Source: Gammaproteobacteria bacterium (GTDB taxonomy: Bacteria > Pseudomonadota > Gammaproteobacteria > CAJXQU01). From it: DNA of 10,967 nucleotides. The DNA lies in assembly GCA_965238175.1 (NCBI GenBank), contig CBDEGZ010000001.1, positions 1-10,967 on the forward strand, read 5' to 3'. Positions 1-9,326 of the stretch are shown piece by piece; position 1 is the first letter of the stretch; each line of letters begins with the position of its first letter. The notes under the pieces are model-generated. The model was not told the DNA's origin. It was given only the letters and a program-made list of their open reading frames with translations, and made no database searches. The position numbers and the translations under genes were made by a program.

Positions 1-96
1 GACTTCGCCGTCGAGATCCATTACGAGACGCAGTACACCATGCGCGGCCGGATGCTGCGGGCCGAAATTCATCGTGTAATTATGGATCTCACTCAC
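1..96 (-). CDS. nuoD: NADH-quinone oxidoreductase subunit D (5' part, runs off window)
   Basis: Manual translation from the GTG at 96 gives [32 protein letters not shown], which contains the canonical NuoD N-terminal motif [15 protein letters not shown]. It follows nuoC. Confidence 0.96.
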   Translation of the reverse strand, partial: MSEIHNYTMNFGPQHPAAHGVLRLVMDLDGEV

Positions 97-97
97 T

Positions 98-764
98 TTA
101 ATTGTCCTGCACGGCGGGTGTCGCCTGATCTTGATCCGTAGCGGGCGAAATGATCGGTCCTCGGCACAAGCCACCCGGGGCTCGATGCTTACCGGCTGAT
201 ACACCACACGTCCCTTATCCGGGTCGTAGCGCATTTCGACATGACCAGAGAGCGGAAAATCTTTGCGAAAGGGGTGGCCGATGAAGCCATAGTCGGTGAG
301 TAATCGACGAAGATCCGGATGCCCTTCAAAAACGATACCAAAAAGATCAAATGCTTCGCGTTCGAACCAGTTTGCCACCGCCCAAACTTCACACAGCGTT
401 TGAACCGTGGGGAACTCATCGTCGACGTCCGTTCGAATACGGACGCGTTGATTGCGACTGATCGATAGTAAATGGCAAACCACTCGAAAACGTGCGTCTG
501 CCGGGTTAGTCAGTGAACGCTCCGAGGCATCGGGCTGAATTCCTTCACCACCATAGTGAAGAAAATCTACACCACAAAGATCGATGAGCTGTTCGTATGA
601 TTGCTCGTTCCCGTAAATACAGAGCGAACTCAACCCAGGAATCCCGCGGCACATCGATAACAGGCTCGCCAACGCAATCGCTGCCGCATACGACAGCCGG
701 AAATCGATCGCTAACTTCGCTAAACAGCGCTTTATTGTTATTTTTGTACGGCGTCGTTGCTCAT
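98..764 (-). CDS. nuoC: NADH-quinone oxidoreductase subunit C (with probable sequencing frameshifts)
   Basis: Not in the ORF track. Manual translation gives [12 protein letters not shown]...[74 protein letters not shown] at 764; apparent extra bases near 733, 610 and 171. The stop is TAA at 98-100 or TGA at 93-95, depending on the correction. Confidence 0.93.
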
Positions 765-788
765 GGTTTGGCGGTGTCAGGCGCGCCG

Positions 789-1267
789 CTAGCGCGCGAT
801 GGTGTTGGTACGTCGAATTTTCTTTTGCAGCTGCAATATTCCATATAACAAGGCCTCCGCCGTCGGCGGACAACCGGGTACGTAAACGTCAACTGGAACG
901 ATTCGATCACATCCTCGTACGACAGCGTACGAATAATGGTAATACCCGCCCCCATTCGCGCAAGAAACCCCATGGAAATAACCCACCGTGGCTCTGGCAT
1001 TTGGTCGTATACCTTACGCAATGCAGGTGCCATCTTGTTCACGAGTGTGCCGGCGACAATCATGACATCGGATTGCCGCGGGCTTGGCCTGAAGATCACG
1101 CCGAATCGGTCAAGGTCGTAACGCGATGCGCCGGCGTGCATCATCTCAACGGCGCAACAGGCAAGGCCAAAGGTCATCGGCCACATGGCACCGGTACGCG
1201 CCCAGTTGACGACAGAGTCCACCGACGTCGTGACAAACCCTTTGTCCAGAACCCCCTCAATACTCAT
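789..1267 (-). CDS. nuoB: NADH-quinone oxidoreductase subunit B (one probable sequencing frameshift near 965)
   Basis: ORF 761..1267 gives [15 protein letters not shown]...[16 protein letters not shown]...[15 protein letters not shown] 789..986 continues [39 protein letters not shown]. The N2 cluster cysteines are present. AGGAG lies upstream of the ATG. Confidence 0.97.
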
Positions 1268-1328
1268 ATCCGAGAACTCCTGCTTCTCGTGCGCAGCGGC
1301 TTCGTTCTAACTCGAGGAATGGCGCAAA

Positions 1329-1685
1329 CTACTCCCACTCGAGCGCCCCTTTTTTCCACTCGTAGATGAATCCGACCACCAAAATGCCGAGAAAAATCAT
1401 CATTGCCCAAAAGCCGAATACACCGATCTGATCAAGAACGATGGCCCATGGAAATAAAAAGGCTATTTCAAGGTCGAAAATAATGAACAGTATCGCGACG
1501 AGGTAGTAGCGTACGTCAAATTTGGTTCGAGAATCCTCGAAGGCCTCGAACCCGCATTCATAGGGTGACAATTTTTCTGCGTCCGGTCGATGCGGCCCCA
1601 GCACGCGCCCGAGCGTCAGAAGAACGACCCCTAATATTAGGGCAACGCCTAGAAAGATTAGTACCGGAATGTACTCAGCTAGCAA
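1329..1685 (-). CDS. nuoA: NADH-quinone oxidoreductase subunit A
   Basis: Intact 118-aa ORF with [27 protein letters not shown] and [11 protein letters not shown] motifs. TTG start preceded by AGGAGA. Confidence 0.98.
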   Translation of the reverse strand: MLAEYIPVLIFLGVALILGVVLLTLGRVLGPHRPDAEKLSPYECGFEAFEDSRTKFDVRYYLVAILFIIFDLEIAFLFPWAIVLDQIGVFGFWAMMIFLGILVVGFIYEWKKGALEWE

Positions 1686-1776
1686 CGGGCTCTCTCCTAA
1701 GGGTTCCGCCTAGTTGCGCTAACGTCCGAGCGGCAAGGCCAGTGCTCGTTCCGAAAACTTGAACCCAAACATTTCA

Positions 1777-1861
1777 TGGTGCCGAAGGCCGGACTCGAAC
1801 CGGCACGGCTTGCGCCACCGCCCCCTCAAGACGGCGTGTCTACCAGTTCCACCACTTCGGC
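1777..1861 (-). tRNA. tRNA-Leu (anticodon GAG)
   Basis: The reverse complement GCCGAAGTGGTGGAACTGGTAGACACGCCGTCTTGAGGGGGCGGTGGCGCAAGCCGTGCCGGTTCGAGTCCGGCCTTCGGCACCA has acceptor stem GCCGAAG/CTTCGGC, anticodon loop TTGAGGG, a long variable arm, a GTTCGAG T-loop and an encoded CCA. The secG-tRNA-Leu-nuoA position is canonical. Confidence 0.97.
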
Positions 1862-1927
1862 ATTGATTAAGTCGAATCGCATAAGTTTAACGTTAACGAG
1901 ATTTGTTCGCAGTGGCGGCGCTTTCGA

Positions 1928-2494
1928 TTAGCCGCCGCTGCCAGTTTCATTGCTACCGTCGGCTTCTTCGGACGGTGCGGATTCTGAAGCTTGGATCCGG
2001 CACAGTCTCGTCCGTCGCGGCAGCATCCGCCGCCGTTTCACTCGTCTCGTCCGACGCGCCGGGGACGGCTTCGGCATCGCCCGCTGAATCATCAACGGCG
2101 TCGGCCGGTGCAGCTGGAACTCCGTCGTCCGTCAGTCCACTGTCAGTACTATCTCCGGGCACCGCGCTATCGCCGTCGATACTCGGCACGGCGTCCCCAC
2201 TTTCTTGAGAATCTACCGGAACACTGTTCCGTCAATGATACTGGCATTCGGGCTGCGATCATTGTAAAGCCACGCCAGCGACAAGCTGCCAATAAAGAAG
2301 ACGGCGGCCAGACCTCCGGTCAATCGACTTAAGAACGACGCGGAACCGCGGGCGCCGAACAGCGTCTGCGATCCGCCACCGCCGCCGAAGGCTGCGCCCA
2401 TGTCGGAGCCACGCCCCTGTTGCAGCAACACGAGGACAACGATCGCAATTGCAACCAGAATGTGGATGATAAGTAGTATATTGATTAAGAGCAT
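1928..2494 (-). CDS. secG: Preprotein translocase subunit SecG with long acidic C-terminal tail (as written, the ORF stops at 2213)
   Basis: ORF 2213..2494 has VLLQQGRGSDMGAAFGGGGGSQTLFGARGSASFLSRLT between two hydrophobic segments. The coding-like acidic frame (ORF 1953..2189) joins it with a frameshift near 2228, and a second shift near 1991 leads to TAA at 1928-1930. Gene identity is secure; the 3' end is inferred. Confidence 0.9.
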
Positions 2495-2506
2495 GAACTT
2501 AGGGTG

Positions 2507-3270
<764 letters not shown>

Positions 3271-3423
3271 GGAGAAGCCCTCTATTCAATGGAAGTGCAG
3301 AAGTGCGATATTCGCGCCGCTCGTGACGGCTCAATTTTCAATTGCGCTGTATTATTCGCGCCATCTCAGTGCAGCAACGGAGCGCAAAGTCATGCGACCG
3401 AGGCGAGCCGCCCCGCGCCGGCG

Positions 3424-3470
3424 AACGGAGTTTACTGGAGCCGGGATGCCGACGCCAACACTACTCCGCC
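3424..3470 (-). other. 47-nt imperfect hairpin in the glmM-tpiA spacer
   Basis: Minus strand GGCGGAGT-AG-TGTTGG-C-GTCGG-CATC-CCGGC-T-CCAGTA-A-ACTCCGTT gives 19 pairs by eye, 5 of them G-U. Confidence 0.55.
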
Positions 3471-3492
3471 TATTTATTTGTCTCTGGGGGTC

Positions 3493-3513
3493 CCACGGCG
3501 CTAAGCGCCGTGG
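3493..3513. repeat. Perfect 9-bp inverted repeat CCACGGCGC-TAA-GCGCCGTGG
   Basis: Directly visible about 55 nt downstream of the glmM stop. No U-tract follows on the minus strand. Confidence 0.7.
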
Positions 3514-3568
3514 CCACAACACCGGGTCGACACCGTCCACGCCCATTTGGCGCACCCTGAAAATACCC

Positions 3569-4943
3569 TCAACCGTACACCGATCGGGCTGCCGCTGCGA
3601 CCGATGCCGCCAATTCTTCGGTCCAGCGATCGACTTTTGTGGCGTCCGCCCCCTCCACCATCACGCGAACGACGGGTTCGGTGCCGGACGGACGTATTAG
3701 CACCCGCCCCTCGTCGCCGAGGTCACGCTCGGCATGATCGACGTTGCGTAACACCAATTCGTGATCTGGCAGGGCCTTTGCGTTCACGTTTTCACCGATA
3801 TCCGCGAGTTTGACGTTAATCATTCGCTGCGGGTAGACAAATAATGGCTGCAGCAGCCTTGACAGGGATTGGTCCGCTTCGACCATTGCCATGACGACCT
3901 CTAGCGCCGCGATAACGCCGTCGCCCGTCGTGCTTTTGTCTAGGCAAATTATATGCCCGGATGACTCTCCACCAAGTTGCCAATCCCGTTGTTCTAGCAT
4001 TTGCAATACAATGGCGGTCGCCAACGGCCGCTCGCTCAAATTCGATGCCCTCCGCCTTGAACGCCAACTCAAGCCCAAGGTTTGTCATCACGGTGCCAAC
4101 CACGCCCGAACCTAATAGACCACGTTGCTTACGTGCCATGCCAAGAACGTACAGTATCGCGTCGCCATCGACGAGCTCGCCCTTCTCATCCACCATAACG
4201 ACGCGATCGCCGTCACCATCGAGCGCCACGCCAACGTTCGCCCCGGATTCGACAACGGCAGCTTGCAACGACTGCGGACTAGTCGATCCACAACCGTCGT
4301 TGATATTAAAGCCATCCGGTTCGTTGTGAATCACTGTGACATCAGCACCCAACTCGCTGAAGACTTCCGGCATCACGTGATAGCCGGCACCGTTCGCGCA
4401 ATCGAGCACTATCCGCAGTCCAGCGAACGTCGCCCGCATCGGAATCGTACTCTTGCAGAACTCGACGTACCGCCCCACCGCGTCTGGAAATCGAACAGAC
4501 TTTCCAAGCTGCGCGGAATCTACCGTCGTCATCGGTTCATCGATTAGCGCTTCGATTGCATGCTCTGTCGAGTCCGGCAGTTTGCGCCCTTCCGGGGAAA
4601 AGAATTTGATGCCGTTGTCGTAGTAGGGATTGTGCGACGCGCTAATGACAACGCCCGCGTTGGCGCGCGATGTGCGGGTGAAATACGCGATTGCCGGCGT
4701 CGGCATCGGTCCAAGCAAGGAGACGTTGACGCCCGCCGCGGATAGACCGGCCTGCAATGCAGATTCGAGCAGATAGCCGGATACCCGCGTATCCTTGCCG
4801 ATAACCACCGTACTGCCTTGGCCGTCGCCGAGCACTCGACCAACCGCCCAGCCGAGTTTGAGGATTCGTTCGGGCGTGATCGGTTCTTCTCCGACCGGCC
4901 CGCGTACGCCGTCCGTGCCGAAAAAGCGTTTGTCGGTTGCCAT
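3569..4943 (-). CDS. glmM: Phosphoglucosamine mutase (one probable sequencing frameshift near 4010)
   Basis: [17 protein letters not shown], catalytic SASHNP, DCANGA and metal-binding DGDGDR (ORF 3816..4943), then GGESSGH and [16 protein letters not shown] (ORF 3569..4078). Confidence 0.97.
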
Positions 4944-5026
4944 CGTTCGAAAGTCTTTGCTGGATAGTTTCGCTAAGTGTAGGCAATTCGCGCGTTAAAA
5001 ACAGTAGCAACACGTGCACAACGCGG

Positions 5027-5904
5027 TTAAAATCGCGCGCGAGCAAGCGAGGCAATTTGCGGACTGTCACGGCTTTGCCAAAATTCGGCGTCTACCGCCT
5101 CCAGCGAGCGCACGATATGCCGCGTACTGCGAACGTCGTGAACTCGAATGATATTGGCGCCGCGCCCAACCGCGCGTGCCGCCAATGCGGCACTCGCTAA
5201 GTCTCGGTCGTCGGCGTCGAGCCCGGTTATTTGACCAACCATGCCTTTGCGCGAAAGCCCAACCAAAATGGGCGACGCTAATGCACGCAAACGCCAAAGC
5301 GAGTCGAGTAGCTGAAGATTGTGGCGCAGCGATTTGCCGAATCCGAAGCCCGGATCGACAATGATACGGTCTCGTCGAATTCCCGCCGCCAGACAACTAC
5401 GACGACGCTGGTACAGAAATTGAAACACGTCTTCCACCACGTTTTCGTAACGCGGATTTCTCTGCATTGTCGTCGGGTCGCCTGACATGTGCATGAGACA
5501 AGCGGGAACGCCCAATTCCCGCCACCGCCTGACGACTATCCGCCTGCGACAAACCGTAAACATCATTAATCAGTCCGGCGCCAGCGCTAACGGCGGCGCG
5601 CATAACGTTCGGCTTGTAGGTATCAATCGAGATGGGAACATCGACGGCTGCATGCACCGCCTCGACAATTGGAATAACCCGATCAAGCTCTCGGTTTTCT
5701 TCAACCGGTATCGCGCCTGGCCGAGTGGACTCACCGCCGATATCAATGATGTCGGCACCCGCATCGACGAGATCACGGCGCGTGCGCCGTGGCGGCGTCG
5801 AGCGAATCGTGGCGGCCACCGTCGGAGAAGGAATCAGGGGTTACATTTAAAATGCCCATGATTGCGGCGCGCGACAAATCGAGTGTGCGCCCCACCGCAA
5901 TCAA
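5027..5904 (-). CDS. folP: Dihydropteroate synthase (probable sequencing frameshifts near 5779 and 5520; start approximate)
   Basis: Manual translation gives IMGILNVTPDSFSDGG. ORF 5397..5819 gives GADIIDIGGESTRPGA, ISIDTYK and INDV. ORF 5027..5566 gives CLMHM, IIVDPGFGFGK, LVGLSRK and IIRVHDV. The ftsH-folP-glmM order is conserved. Confidence 0.95.
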
Positions 5905-5925
5905 GGGGTGCGAGAGATTGTGGAC

Positions 5926-7853
5926 TCAGACCGTATCCCCAGCCGCATCGTCTATTCCAGCATCCGGCGTGAGTGGAGCCGAACCCTGTTCACGTTCCGG
6001 CGTACCGGATTCAGGCCCTGCTGGAGGTATATCAGAGTCTGCCGGTGGTTTCGGCGGCCGGCCTTCCATAATGTCGTTGATCTGATCGGCATCCAGGGTC
6101 TCCCACTCCATGAGTGACTTCGCCATGACTTCGACCTTTTCCCGATTCTGTTCAAGAATTTTTCGTGCCCGAGCATACTGCTCGGTGATGATGCGGGTAA
6201 TCTCCGCGTCGACGGTCTGCGCCGTCGCGTCAGAGATATTCTTGTTGGCCGTCATATCCCGGCCAAGGAAAACCTCCGACTGATCCTCACCGTACACGCG
6301 GGGACCAAGCTCGTCGCTCATGCCCCAACGAGAGACCATGTTTTGCGCCATCTGCGTCGCGGCTTGGAAGTCGTGAGCAGCACCGTTGGTCATCTGCTTC
6401 ATGAATATCTCCTCACCAATACGCCCGCCCATGAGCACGGCGATTCTGGCAAGCAGGTATTCTCGGTCCTGGCAGTAGCGATCCTCCTCCGGTAGCTGCA
6501 TGGTCACAGCCAAGTGCTCGTCCACGCGGAATGATCGTTACTTTGTGAACCGGATCGGTCTTATCGCCCGAGGCTTTGGCAACAACCGTATGTCCTGATT
6601 CGTGATAGGCCGTGTTGAGGCGCTCCTCTTCGGGCATCACGACGGAACGTCGTTCGACGCCCATAATGACCTTGTCCTTGGCGAGCTCGAATTCCTCCAT
6701 ATTAACTAGGCGCTTGCCGGCTCGTGCGGCGAACAACGCCGCCTCGTTGATCAGATTCGCAAGGTCCGCTCCAGAGAATCCCGGCGTTCCGCGCGCAATT
6801 GTGCGCGGATCGACGTCGTCGGCGATGGGTACCTTGCGCATGTGCACCTTAAGGATCTGCTCGCGACCCCTAATATCGGGCAATGGCACATGAACCTGAC
6901 GATCGAATCGACCCGGTCGCAACAACGCTGGATCCAACACGTCCGGTCGGTTCGTCGCGGCGATAACAATGACGCCCTCATTGCCTTCGAAGCCATCCAT
7001 TTCGACCAGCAATTGATTTAATGTCTGTTCGCGTTCGTCGTGGCCACCGCCAAGTCCCGCGCCCCGCTGGCGACCCACGGCGTCAATCTCGTCAATGAAG
7101 ATGATGCAGGGTGCGTGCTTCTTCGCCTGTTCGAACATGTCGCGAACCCGCGATGCGCCGACACCCACAAACATTTCGACAAAGTCGGATCCCGATATAG
7201 TAAAAAACGGCACCTTGGCCTCGCCAGCTATCGCCTTCGCTAGGAGCGTCTTACCTGTACCTGGACTACCGGTCATAAGCACGCCCCGTGGGATACGGCC
7301 GCCAAGTCGTTGAAACTTGCTCGGGTCACTCAGGAACTCGACCAGTTCCCCTACTTCTTCCTTGGCTTCTTCGACACCCGCGACGTCGGCAAACGTCCAC
7401 CTTGTTCTTGTCTTCGGTCAGCATGCGGGCGCGACTCTTGCCGAAGGACAATGCTCCGCGGCCGCCGCCGCCCTGCATTTGCCGCATAAAAAAGATCCAA
7501 ACGCCGATCAACAACAGCAACGGAAACCAATTGATAAATACACTAACTAAGAGCCCGGGTTCTTTCTCCGGTTCGCTCTTGAATTTGACGTTGTACTTGA
7601 GGAGATCGTTAACGAGCCCCGGGTCATCCATTTTATTCGTGAAGAAACGGGAACCGTTGAAGTATTTCCCGTGGATCGTTTTGCCCTTAATCAACACCTC
7701 CTCGACATCGCCGTTCTTGTACTCATCGACGAATTCCGAGTAGCCGATTTCGTTGCCACCACTCGGCTCGTTCGGCGCGAAGCTGTTGAATACGGCCATC
7801 AGCACCATGGCAATAACCAACCACAGCATTAGGTTTTTAGTCAGATTATTCAA
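5926..7853 (-). CDS. ftsH: ATP-dependent zinc metalloprotease FtsH (two probable sequencing frameshifts near 7398 and 6509)
   Basis: Two N-terminal TM segments and SFGKSRA, Walker A GSPGTGKT, Walker [31 protein letters not shown], zinc motif HESGH and the C-terminal M41 domain. TTG start at 7853. Confidence 0.98.
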
Positions 7854-8026
7854 AAACTAATCATCCACGGTATGCCCAGAATCGTGGCGAGCGCCGGCTC
7901 CGAAATGCGCCGGCGGATCGCCGCAGTCGATACGGGTCTTTGTGATCGACTATTTAATTGTAATGCGACTCGTCTTTTGACACTCGCATTGAAAAATTGT
8001 TCGATATCAGGTGAAATTTTGGCTCA

Positions 8027-8060
8027 TGTCGATAAGACTCTTCTGTCGATAAGACTCTTC
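8027..8060. repeat. Perfect tandem repeat, 2 x 17 bp TGTCGATAAGACTCTTC
   Basis: Copies at 8027-8043 and 8044-8060, followed by degenerate TCGATW cores at 8061 and 8074. Confidence 0.9.
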
Positions 8061-8082
8061 TCGATTAGTCTGTTCGATAAAA

Positions 8083-8111
8083 CCTCGTCAAAGCCTCGTC
8101 AAAGCCTCGTC
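8083..8111. repeat. Tandem repeat, about 2.6 x 11 bp CCTCGTCAAAG
   Basis: Copies at 8083-8093 and 8094-8104, plus a partial CCTCGTC at 8105-8111. Confidence 0.9.
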
Positions 8112-8182
8112 GACATTACCCATCGACTTTATCGGTTCGATGGAGACTCGCTAGAGCCGGGATAATTCACAATTTGTAATCC

Positions 8183-8208
8183 AAAAAGAAGACAAAACTG
8201 GCGTCTTC
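8183..8208 (-). terminator. Candidate intrinsic terminator between rlmE and ftsH
   Basis: Minus strand GAAGACG-CCAGTTT-TGTCTTC followed directly by TTTTT: a 7-bp stem (one G-U), 7-nt loop and U-tract. The stem is only moderately strong. Confidence 0.5.
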
Positions 8209-8508
8209 AGAAATTCTTCAAACATTCGTATTTAAAGCCGTCTAGACGATTCTGCGGGTCGTGCCTGCTCGCGGCAAGCGCGATTGCCTAATCGTGGCCT
8301 AGTTTCCGTCGATTCACCGTAACTTTAGCCGATACACCCGAGTTGCCCGCAGAAGTAAGGTCAATTATGACCATCCAAGGCGGACAGATGTCGTTAAAAT
8401 TGAAGCTAAATACAGAATTTTACCGTTTTTATTAGATTCCGCTCAGATACCTACGGGTTCATATCGGGCTCGCCTACATTAGACGTTATGGACCTGAAAG
8501 CGCCAAAT

Positions 8509-9151
8509 TCAAGGGGCGACCTCTGTCGGCTTAATATAGCCGCTGGCGGTCACGAAATACTCACGACTTTCGGCACGGGACGAGCTGGGTTTACGGGCGG
8601 AAACTCGATCAAAACGCGGCCGAATTCGCTTCCGGAAAGCATCCGCTGCAGGCCCCTGAAATAGCTTCACCAACAGGCGACCACCTGGCCGCAGTGCCTC
8701 GTCGATCACAGTCTCTATTGCAATCAACAATTCCTCGAAACGCGCCTCGTCAGCATCGCGAATGCCACTTATATCTGGCGCCATATCGGAAAGGACAAGG
8801 TCAGCCAGGCGGCCATCCAGTGCCTGTGCGATCTTTTCGCGCGTGGCATCGGTGCGGATGTCGCCGCAGATTGAAATGACGCCGGTTATCGTTGGCTGCG
8901 CCCGATCTACGGCAATAACACGCCCGCGCGTCGTCACGCGTTCAAGCGCAAACTGGGACCAACTGCCGGGTGCGGCACCGAGATCGATGACAGTCATTCC
9001 AGGCGCTAGGAGTCGATCGCGGTTGTCGATATCCTGGAGCTTATAGGCCGCGCGTGACGCGTAGCCGCTCGCTCGCGCTTTTTTCACGAAGGGATCGCGG
9101 GCTTGTCGGTTGACCCAATTGCGCGTCCGGGATTTCTTGTTTTTTCGCCAT
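8509..9151 (-). CDS. rlmE: 23S rRNA Um2552 2'-O-methyltransferase RlmE/FtsJ
   Basis: DPFVKKARASGYASRAAYKL, SAM-binding VIDLGAAPGSWSQ, LVLSDMAP, LVKLFQG and KPSSSRAESREYF. The likely start is the ATG at 9151 (MAKNKKSRTR) with one extra A in the A6 run; the track's start at 9210 is unlikely. Confidence 0.96.
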
Positions 9152-9254
9152 CGATCTTCGTTTACCCTACTGAGACTTGCGCAACAAAGGGCCTCGCCGC
9201 GGGACTGCACTGGTATTACGGTTCGACGCCATAGCTCGGGCCACTAGCTCGGCC

Positions 9255-9264
9255 CATTATAATG
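9255..9264. promoter_or_regulatory. Palindrome CATTATAATG giving a consensus TATAAT on both strands between divergent rlmE and yhbY
   Basis: TATAAT at 9258-9263 (+) and 9261-9256 (-). No good -35 hexamer at 17-bp spacing on either strand. Confidence 0.4.
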
Positions 9265-9326
9265 ATAGGCTACGGCGATATGGGCCATCACCAAACACCA
9301 GATCAGACAACGTCGAACGTATCACC

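Noticed and set aside
1953-2189. Stand-alone 78-aa acidic protein downstream of secG
   Set aside because: The acidic frame is open upstream of its GTG, back into the end of secG, so it is better explained as the frameshifted SecG tail.
5860-5928. folP frame follows the ftsH TGA in the same frame (possible read-through fusion)
   Set aside because: A neighbouring frame gives a more FolP-like LDCGGRTLDL, which implies local indel errors, so the frame relationship is unreliable.
8027-8111. Possible mini-CRISPR array
   Set aside because: The repeats are only 11-17 bp, directly abut with no unique spacers, and no cas genes are present.
7872-8165. 97-aa plus-strand ORF in the rlmE-ftsH spacer
   Set aside because: It has no recognisable motif and no clear SD, and it runs through tandem repeats whose 17- and 11-bp units are not multiples of three. 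It is probably a chance ORF.
8250-8354. Possible MITE with 9-bp terminal inverted repeats
   Set aside because: There is no flanking target-site duplication and only one copy in the window. It is kept only as a candidate RNA stem.
8151-8373. Short minus-strand ORFs (28 aa MVIIDLTS..., 24 aa MFEEFLKT...) as leader peptides
   Set aside because: They lack a clear SD and regulatory codon runs, and their lengths are those expected by chance.
9277-9310. Sigma-32 promoter for rlmE-ftsH (GCCCATAT on the minus strand)
   Set aside because: The -10 is only a partial match and there is no convincing CTTGAA -35 at the proper spacing.
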